From the NCBI GenBank assembly GCA_964406665.1, contig CAYOSQ010000002.1, forward strand, positions 3,598 to 67,597: a DNA stretch of 64,000 nucleotides, written 5' to 3'. A program made the translations under genes and the position numbers. Position 1 is the first letter of the stretch, and every line of letters starts with the position of its first letter. The DNA comes from an uncultured Planctomycetia bacterium (GTDB taxonomy: Bacteria; Omnitrophota; Gorgyraeia; VGKH01; JBHPFN01). Below are positions 1 to 6,488 of the stretch, one piece after another. The notes under the pieces were generated by a model that was not told where the DNA came from, did not search any database, and saw only the letters and a program-made list of their open reading frames with translations.

Positions 1-9
1 TTTAACTAA

Positions 10-864
10 TTCAAACTGAATCTGCTTAATAAATTTCGTAAGTTTACCGATCCATTAGGAGTGGAGGAGACTAGTAGAGTTCTTAGGACCTATGATCATG
101 CTTCTGTAATTGGTACCTTTTACTACCCTAAGGTAGATGTAGCTGTCAAAACACATTATAGAGAAGAAAGGTATAACACCGATGATTCTATCGGAGCCTT
201 TTTGGGTCAAAGCCTTACTTATAAAGATCTGAACCGTCATGAATTCGAAGGTGAAATAGAATCTGCCTGGAAACTATGGCCAAAAACTGCTTTTCTTTTT
301 TCTGGACTTTTCGGGGAAGTTGAGCATGAAACCGGCAAGAAAAGTGATTCTACCTTTTATGGTATTTTAACAGGTTTGCGCGGGAAGCCTACTTCTAAAA
401 TGACCGTTGAGGCAAAAACTGGTTTTCGTTCACAGGACTATACTGATAATGTTACAGATTTTAATAGTTTAGTTTTTTATGGTACTATAATTGAAGATTT
501 TACCACTAGGGATATTTTACGTATTGATTTTACCAGAACACCACAAGAGACTACATTTGCTAACAACGCCTACTATGAGAGCTCATATTTAAGCACAAGC
601 TATAAACATGGATTTACGGAAAGTTTCTTTGGTCTTTTAGATGGTTCTTATGAGCTTAGTGATTATCCTGAACATGTAACAGAGTCAGGCAAAACTGCTA
701 TACGAAAAGATAATTATTGGTCTGCTGGTGCTGGCTTAATTTATGAGTTGCCGAAAGGTTATAAGATTGATTTTAAATATTCATTTAGAAAGAATGACTC
801 TAATTTTTCTGCCTATGAATATAAAAATAATCGGTTTATGCTTTCCCTGTACGGTAGTTTTTAA
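10..864 (+). CDS. Outer-membrane beta-barrel protein of polysaccharide loci (BBP2/EpsL-like); 5' part probably outside the window or interrupted by an in-frame TAA at 7-9
   Basis: Alternating beta-strand pattern rich in Tyr/Phe/Gly, C-terminal Phe (..LSLYGSF), lies upstream of wza; frame is open from 10 and has no signal peptide. Confidence 0.7.
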   Translation, partial: FKLNLLNKFRKFTDPLGVEETSRVLRTYDHASVIGTFYYPKVDVAVKTHYREERYNTDDSIGAFLGQSLTYKDLNRHEFEGEIESAWKLWPKTAFLFSGLFGEVEHETGKKSDSTFYGILTGLRGKPTSKMTVEAKTGFRSQDYTDNVTDFNSLVFYGTIIEDFTTRDILRIDFTRTPQETTFANNAYYESSYLSTSYKHGFTESFFGLLDGSYELSDYPEHVTESGKTAIRKDNYWSAGAGLIYELPKGYKIDFKYSFRKNDSNFSAYEYKNNRFMLSLYGSF

Positions 865-890
865 TAGATGTTTTGTAAGCTAGAATTTCT

Positions 891-937
891 AAAAACCACT
901 TAGGGTCGCCATGAGAAACTTGGGTGGTTTTTGTTTT
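891..937 (+). terminator. Hairpin with U-tract between the barrel gene and wza (terminator or attenuator-like)
   Basis: AAAAACCACTTAGG...CTTGGGTGGTTTTT pairs with G:U wobbles, followed by a T-rich run. Confidence 0.45.
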
Positions 938-957
938 CTGTAAAGGAATTAATAGTG

Positions 958-1347
958 ATGAAGCAGAAAATTATTATATGTTTTATATTGATGCTAAGTA
1001 TTATTTTCTCACCTTCAGTAATTGTTCTTGCCCAGCAATTAACCTATCGCCTTCAACCCGAAGATATTTTACATGTTACAGTTTATGAGCAACCGGATTT
1101 AGAAACCAAGGTTCGCATAACTTCTAACGGTGAGATCACCCTTCCTTTAATCGGAAAAGTAAAAGTAACTGATTTTACAGTTAGTGAGTTGCGGGAAAAA
1201 ATCGAAGTTCTTTTAGAAAAAGATTATTTGGTTAACCCCCAGGTGCAGGTTTTTATCGAAAAATATCATGTTAAGCAAGTCTCTGTGCTTGGTTCTGTGA
1301 AGAAACCCGGTAAATATGATATGCATGCGGAATTGATGATCCTGTAG
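958..1347 (+). pseudogene. wza: Polysaccharide export protein (Wza/Poly_export family), C-terminally truncated
   Basis: Signal peptide, YRLQPEDILHVTVY..PDL..GEITLPLIG..YLVNPQV..VSVLGSVKKPGKY; homology stops at the start of the SLBB domain. Confidence 0.8.
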
Positions 1348-1445
1348 CTTTAGGATTTCAGATTGTGGCAGAAGCATATAGCCGGCCTGAAACATCACCA
1401 CCACCAATTATTCCACCACCACCAGAGCCTTTAAGCGAAACTTAA
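1332..1445 (+). pseudogene. Orphan 3' gene remnant, Pro-rich C-terminus
   Basis: Frame-shifted relative to wza; reads IDDPVALGFQIVAEAYSRPETSPPPIIPPPPEPLSET*, has no start codon, and is followed by a terminator. Confidence 0.55.
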
Positions 1446-1465
1446 TAACTACGCTGAAAAGTTTC

Positions 1466-1497
1466 AGCCCCGCAGAATTTTCTGCGGGGCTTTTTTG
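1466..1497 (+). terminator. Rho-independent terminator
   Basis: AGCCCCGCAGA-ATTT-TCTGCGGGGCT then TTTTT. Confidence 0.9.
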
Positions 1498-1524
1498 TTT
1501 CTTAGAATTATATAAATGATTTGT

Positions 1525-1553
1525 TTGACAAAATAATAATTATACGGTATATT
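1525..1553 (+). promoter_or_regulatory. Sigma70 promoter of the DUF134 gene
   Basis: TTGACA-17 nt-TATATT. Confidence 0.75.
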
Positions 1554-1558
1554 AATAT

Positions 1559-1572
1559 TGAGCATATGCTCA
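1559..1572. promoter_or_regulatory. Palindromic operator at the predicted transcription start
   Basis: Perfect 14-bp palindrome TGAGCATATGCTCA. Confidence 0.65.
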
Positions 1573-1630
1573 TAATAAATAGGGGGTTAAGCCAAAGCTT
1601 TTTTAGGGAAGAGGTTAAAAAGGATAGAAT

Positions 1631-1933
1631 ATGAAACCACGAGGAAGGCCGGTTAAAATCAGAAAGGTTAAAAAGGAGCCTAAAATCAGTCAATTCAGCC
1701 CAAGGGGACGTCCTGGGAGGCCTGATGAAATAATGCTGACATTGGACGAATTTGAGGCCATTAGGTTGGCAGATTACAGTAGGCTCAGTCAGGAAAAATC
1801 TGCAGCAGCAATGGAAGTTTCCCGGGCAACATTTGGTAGGATAATCAGGCAAGCAAGATATAAATTATCAGACGCATTGATCTCCGGAAAAATCATTAGA
1901 ATTTACGGAGGTAAGATAGCTATTAAAGAATAA
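1631..1933 (+). CDS. DUF134 (UPF0251) HTH DNA-binding protein
   Basis: PRGRP..F.P..LTLDEFEAIRLADY..LSQE..A..M.VSRATFGRII..AR.KL.DAL..GK.I.I.GG. Confidence 0.9.
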   Translation: MKPRGRPVKIRKVKKEPKISQFSPRGRPGRPDEIMLTLDEFEAIRLADYSRLSQEKSAAAMEVSRATFGRIIRQARYKLSDALISGKIIRIYGGKIAIKE

Positions 1934-2003
1934 ATTTCCCCATTAATAATCCTGTTAATTACTAAAGATAGTTAAACCGGTCTTGGAATTGCCCTATAGC
2001 CTA

Positions 2004-2031
2004 ACTTCCTATAATATATGTTATGTTAACT
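2004..2031 (+). other. dif: dif site (XerCD chromosome dimer resolution site)
   Basis: ACTTCCTATAA-TATATG-TTATGTTAACT, 11-6-11 layout, close to B. subtilis dif (ACTTCCTAGAA TATATA TTATGTAAACT); intergenic; gene orientation flips here. Confidence 0.9.
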
Positions 2032-2195
2032 TTATGATATTGGAGAAATCACATGTATAGGCGTTAGCCCTATGTGGTTAGGAGAATTCAATAATTTCCT
2101 GTGAATAACTCAGTTCAGATTTACTTGTATATACTTATGTTTTTATATTGTTGCAGATAGGGGCTTTTTTCTAACAGAAATTTACCTAGATTTAC

Positions 2196-3362
2196 TTATT
2201 CACGGGTTAGCTTTACAGAGGCCGGGAATACTGTCCAATCCCCGAACTTGTCATTAATCGCATCAAATGCTTTGATTAGATCCTCCCTCCGTTTTTCTCC
2301 AGGAAACAGATGGAGGTCTTTCTGAGCCTGAGATAATCCTGATACACTTACTCCTATAGCCCGGATTCTAAAAATAGGTATATTTGACTGGGAAATTATA
2401 TACCTACAGCGGTTATATATTTGATAACTATCAAACGTATAATCACTGAAGCTTTTTTGCTTAGATAGCAGTTTTCCGGTTGAACCAACAAGATTTAAAT
2501 GGGTGGTTTTTGCCTGGAGATTTTTATGCCTGAGACGTTGTCCGACCATTTCAGAAAGTAGTCTAATCCAGCCAAAAATGGCTTGTTTTTCGCTTATTGG
2601 TTTTGGTAAAGTGTATGAATGACCAATGGATTTCGGAGGCAATTTGGGGCATTCTGAGGCCATTACAGGGCTATCTTCAATGAGCCTTACGGCATCATAA
2701 AGCCAGAGTCCTACCTTTCCGAATTTCTCTGAAAGGATGCTTTCTGGGATATTAAAAAGGTCTTGGCATGTGTAAATTTTAAGGCTGTTTAGATGTTCCT
2801 TTAAGCTACTGCCAACGCCGCATAATTTTTCTACAGGTGTGGCTTGAAGTATATCCTGTAGATTGCTTTCCTGGATTAAGGTTAATCCATCTGGCTTGTT
2901 TAGCCCTGAGCCTAGCTTGGCCAGCGTCCGGGTTGTTGATATGCCTATTGAGCATGTGATATTGAATCTTTCCTTGATCCTGTTTTTGATGTTCTTGGCT
3001 ATGGTTTCTAGGGGTCCTAAAATGGCTTCTAGGCCGCTTAGATCTAGGATAAATTCATCAACTGAGGCGCATTCTGTATTTGGGCTGAATTCTTTAAGGA
3101 TCTCAAATATTTCTCTGGATGCGTATATGTATTTAGCTGAGTCCGCAGCTACAAATTGGGCCTTAGGGCATAATTTAAAAGCTTCTTTGCAAGGCATCCC
3201 AGAGTCTATGCCGTAGGCTTTGGCTTCATATGAGGCTGCGCAGACAACTGTATGAAGCCTGTTTCCTCTAGCTCCTACTATTAAAGGCTTGCCTTTGAGT
3301 TTAGGATTGGCGGTTTGTTCTATGGATGCAAAAAAGGCATCCATATCTACATGAAGTATCAT
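2196..3362 (-). CDS. dinB: DNA polymerase IV (Y family)
   Basis: ILHVDMDAFFAS, AASYEAK, ASVDE, SIGHSYTL, C-terminal DLHLF clamp-like motif. Confidence 0.93.
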   Translation of the reverse strand: MILHVDMDAFFASIEQTANPKLKGKPLIVGARGNRLHTVVCAASYEAKAYGIDSGMPCKEAFKLCPKAQFVAADSAKYIYASREIFEILKEFSPNTECASVDEFILDLSGLEAILGPLETIAKNIKNRIKERFNITCSIGISTTRTLAKLGSGLNKPDGLTLIQESNLQDILQATPVEKLCGVGSSLKEHLNSLKIYTCQDLFNIPESILSEKFGKVGLWLYDAVRLIEDSPVMASECPKLPPKSIGHSYTLPKPISEKQAIFGWIRLLSEMVGQRLRHKNLQAKTTHLNLVGSTGKLLSKQKSFSDYTFDSYQIYNRCRYIISQSNIPIFRIRAIGVSVSGLSQAQKDLHLFPGEKRREDLIKAFDAINDKFGDWTVFPASVKLTRE

Positions 3363-3363
3363 T

Positions 3364-3651
3364 TTAGGCTATTTTATCTAATTTCCAGATTAGGGTTTTA
3401 TCATTGAAAGATATCTGACATATTTCGCATCCGGTATCTACGCAGAACCTGTTTATGCGTTCCTGACCGTTTTTTTCCTGCCAGGAATATGTTATTCTCT
3501 TTATTTTGATTAGTCTATTATGCCAGGTGAAGAAGCGCGGCAACATCTTCCCTTTATCAAAAAGGACTGATACAGCAATGGAATCATTGAGAAAGCCTGA
3601 TTTCTGGGAGCTTGGCATTTGTCTGTCCCAGCGTGCCTGGGGATTGAACAT
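3364..3651 (-). CDS. Small SOS-cassette protein resembling the ImuB C-terminal/DUF6504-like domain
   Basis: P.FFTW....I.I..I...W...F.V.......I.F......W.L pattern; sits between lexA and dinB with 3-nt and 1-nt gaps. Confidence 0.55.
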   Translation of the reverse strand: MFNPQARWDRQMPSSQKSGFLNDSIAVSVLFDKGKMLPRFFTWHNRLIKIKRITYSWQEKNGQERINRFCVDTGCEICQISFNDKTLIWKLDKIA

Positions 3652-3654
3652 GAT

Positions 3655-4248
3655 TTAGAATTTTTTTATAACTGCTATGACGCGGCCTATTATGCTGAAA
3701 TTTTTATATATAGGTGGATATTTTTTATTAGCCGCTTCAAGCCATATTTTGCTATTTTTTTGCCTGAAGCGTTTAGCAGTGGCTTCTTGATTTAGTAAAG
3801 CTATTACTAAATCTTTATCTTTAGCAATGCGTTGTTTCTTTACTATGGCCATATCGCCTTCAAAAATACCTGCTTCGATTAGGCTGTCGCCTTTTATGCG
3901 TAAGGCAAATATTGGTTGTTCAGGTGTGCTTGAGAATTCATCAAAATCAATATGTTCTTCAAATTCTTCAAAGGCTAAATCTGGAGCTCCTGCTATAACT
4001 TGACCTATGACTGGAACGCGGAATCCCAAATGTTTCTTCAATTCGATATGCCTTGATTTTTTAGGAGTTTTCTTTAGGTACCCTCTTAAGATAAAAACCT
4101 TGAGATAGTCCCTGACTGTGCCTGTTGAGGAAAATCCAAAATTGCGCGCTATTTCTCTTATGGTTGGAGGTATTCCTTCTTGCGTAATCTTTTCTTGTAT
4201 GAATTTGAGAACTTTTCTTTGTTTATAGGTTAAATCTTGGATTATCAT
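3655..4248 (-). CDS. lexA: LexA repressor
   Basis: LT.KQ..VL.FI, PPTIREIA..FGFSS, Ala-Gly site (VIAG), GDSL Ser, ATAKR Lys; ATG at 4248 preferred because the TTG at 4287 is the -35 box. Confidence 0.95.
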   Translation of the reverse strand: MIIQDLTYKQRKVLKFIQEKITQEGIPPTIREIARNFGFSSTGTVRDYLKVFILRGYLKKTPKKSRHIELKKHLGFRVPVIGQVIAGAPDLAFEEFEEHIDFDEFSSTPEQPIFALRIKGDSLIEAGIFEGDMAIVKKQRIAKDKDLVIALLNQEATAKRFRQKNSKIWLEAANKKYPPIYKNFSIIGRVIAVIKKF

Positions 4249-4257
4249 ATCAGTAGG

Positions 4258-4287
4258 TTTATACCACACATTTGTGTGGTAAGTCAA
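4258..4287 (-). promoter_or_regulatory. lexA promoter with a candidate SOS box in the spacer
   Basis: TTGACT-18 nt-TATAAA with TG extension; inverted repeat TACCACACA-N2-TGTGTGGTA at 4262-4281. Confidence 0.8.
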
Positions 4288-4314
4288 GAAAAAAAATAAA
4301 ATAAGGATTCTTTG

Positions 4315-5274
4315 TTATTTTTGATCTTCTCCAATCTTGCAAAGTACTTCTTCCATAATATCTTCGATGGTTACAATGCCAACAAACTTATTGTCTTTAA
4401 TTATCGCTGTCATTGTTTCCTTGTTGGCTTGCATTCTGGAAAATAACTGGTCAATCCTAAAGCTTATATCTGTTTTTCTAACTGGACGAATAAACTCTAT
4501 CCATTCCCCTTCGCTGTAAAATATATCAAAAATATTAATTAGGCCCACCAGCTGCTTATTTTTGAACACTGGAAAACGGCTGAAGCCGTGTATTTTTGAT
4601 TTGTCTTTAATTTGTTCTTTTGTTTCTCGATAGTCTACTCTTATAACTTTACTAAGTGGTGTCATTATGTCGGCAACTTTTGTAAGAGTAAAATCAAAAA
4701 CACTTTGGATTATCTCTTCTTCCCCTTCTTCGAGCACCCCTTGATCCGATATTTCTTTTACGAGTGTTTTAATTTCTTCTTTTGTCAGAAGTGGATTTTT
4801 TCTTGATGGTTTTATACCAAAAAGTCTTATAATTAAAGATGATATCGAGCTAGCAATAATCACTATAGGGGTTAATATCTTTTGAGCTATGCTTAGCGGA
4901 GGTGAGATTATGGGAACTATTTTATTGGCATGCTCTCTAAAAATTGCTTTAGGGATAATTTCTCCGAAGATCAATATCAGGGGTGTCATGATTGCAGTTG
5001 CAATTAATGTACCATTGTCATCAAAGACGCGTATGCAGATTGAAGTTGCCAGAGATGAAGCAATGACAACTGAAAGGTTCGTACCTGCAAGCGTTGTGGC
5101 TAAGAGTTTATCCGGTCTTTTTAATAATCCATAGGCAACCGATGCTTGCTTTTTGCCTTTTTCTACAAGGTGTCTTAGGCGAATCAAATTCGTTGAAACA
5201 AGCGCTGTTTCACTACCTGAGAAGAATGCCTCAAAAATTAATGCTATGAATATAAGGGTTATGTATATGCTCAT
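4315..5274 (-). CDS. CNNM/DUF21-CBS (CorB/TlyC-like) membrane protein lacking the CorC_HlyC C-terminal domain
   Basis: FFSGSETAL, FGEIIPK, paired CBS domains. Confidence 0.85.
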   Translation of the reverse strand: MSIYITLIFIALIFEAFFSGSETALVSTNLIRLRHLVEKGKKQASVAYGLLKRPDKLLATTLAGTNLSVVIASSLATSICIRVFDDNGTLIATAIMTPLILIFGEIIPKAIFREHANKIVPIISPPLSIAQKILTPIVIIASSISSLIIRLFGIKPSRKNPLLTKEEIKTLVKEISDQGVLEEGEEEIIQSVFDFTLTKVADIMTPLSKVIRVDYRETKEQIKDKSKIHGFSRFPVFKNKQLVGLINIFDIFYSEGEWIEFIRPVRKTDISFRIDQLFSRMQANKETMTAIIKDNKFVGIVTIEDIMEEVLCKIGEDQK

Positions 5275-6488
5275 TTTTTAATAATTATGCTTCGGATTCT
5301 TTTACCTGCAAGTTCTTCTATTTGAAATGTTAGGTTTTCGTATTTGATAGTTTCTTTTGTTTTAGGTATTTTTTCAAAAAGCTCAAGGACAAAACCGGCA
5401 ATTATTCCTTGTTCCTCAGGAAGATTTATATCCAACTCTTCATTTACATCGGTAATTAGGGCTTTGCCGCTTATCTTGTATTGGTTTTCGTTAATCTGTT
5501 CGATAATTTTTTCCGGAACTTCGAATTCATCATAGATTTCTCCAAAGATTTCTTCATTAATATCTTCGGCAGTTACCAATCCATCAGTTCCGCCGTATTC
5601 ATCAATCACTACAGCAACTTTGGTTTTTTGTTCTCCGAACGATTGCGCCAGATCATATATTTTTTTGGCTCCGGGAACAAAAAGCACAGGTTTGACTAAA
5701 CCGTTAAACTTTTTCTGTGGATTTAAAAAAGCTTCTTTCGTGTATATAACGCCGATAATCTTATCTATCGAATTGACATATACAGGTATTTTTGCATGGC
5801 GGATATTTTTTGCGAATTCTATAAATTTTTCTTTTTCCATGTCTAGCGGTACAGCTTTGATATCAACCCGAGGAGTCATTATTTCTTCAGCAGTAGTATC
5901 TGTAAAGTCTAATACGGCATTTATCATTTCTTTTTCTTGTTCTTTAACCTGACCTTCTTTGTGTCCGACCTTTAGCACAGTTTTGAATTCTTCTTCAGTT
6001 AGAAAAGGCTCTTTATCTTCTGATTCGATATCTATCAGAGATGTTATTTTGTTTGTTATAAAGGTGAGTATTTTTCTTATGGGGGTTATTAGCTTTGAAA
6101 ATATCCAAAGTGGACGCGATACAAATCTTGAGAAATTCTCCGATCTATTTATAGCATATGTTTTTGGAGTTACCTCTCCAAAAACCAAAAGTAAAAATGT
6201 CATAATACCAATGCTAATTCCTGTACCTTTATTTCCGAATAAATCTATCAACATTGATGTTGCCAGAGCCGAGGCTGCAACATTAACCAACATGTTGCCG
6301 ACAAGGACAGTGATTAATAGTCGGTTGGGATCTTTGATTAATCTTGAAATATAGCGTGTGTTTCCTCCTCTTTTTTGAAGTTTTCTGAATTTGAGATTAT
6401 CTATAGAAAGAAGGGCTGTTTCGCTGCCTGAGAAAAATGCAGAAAAGGTTAGAAGTATAAAAAATGAGATAAGTTTATATATAGTCAT
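5271..6488 (-). CDS. CNNM/DUF21-CBS-CorC_HlyC (hemolysin family/Mg transporter)
   Basis: FSAFFSGSETAL, FGEVTPK, IMTPRVD, VIDEYGGTDGLVT.ED..EEIFGEI.DE. Confidence 0.9.
   Translation of the reverse strand: MTIYKLISFFILLTFSAFFSGSETALLSIDNLKFRKLQKRGGNTRYISRLIKDPNRLLITVLVGNMLVNVAASALATSMLIDLFGNKGTGISIGIMTFLLLVFGEVTPKTYAINRSENFSRFVSRPLWIFSKLITPIRKILTFITNKITSLIDIESEDKEPFLTEEEFKTVLKVGHKEGQVKEQEKEMINAVLDFTDTTAEEIMTPRVDIKAVPLDMEKEKFIEFAKNIRHAKIPVYVNSIDKIIGVIYTKEAFLNPQKKFNGLVKPVLFVPGAKKIYDLAQSFGEQKTKVAVVIDEYGGTDGLVTAEDINEEIFGEIYDEFEVPEKIIEQINENQYKISGKALITDVNEELDINLPEEQGIIAGFVLELFEKIPKTKETIKYENLTFQIEELAGKRIRSIIIKK

Noticed and set aside
7-9. Stop-codon reassignment suggested by the in-frame TAA
   Set aside because: TAA, TAG and TGA all terminate conserved genes at expected positions (e.g. 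rpmJ TAA, rpsH TAG, rpsC TGA)
849-862. ops/JUMPstart-like GTACGGTAGTTT at the end of the barrel gene
   Set aside because: Mismatches GGCGGTAG and is accounted for by the codons YGSF
1395-1425. CCA/CAC triplet runs as a microsatellite or phase-variable repeat
   Set aside because: Explained as proline codons of the orphan gene tail
2032-2195. Possible ncRNA or terminator right of dif (ATAGG..CCTAT, CACAT..ATGTG)
   Set aside because: Stems are short and AT-rich and match no family I recognise
4249-4287. Longer LexA starting at TTG 4287
   Set aside because: That TTG is the -35 hexamer, and LexA homology begins at LTYKQ
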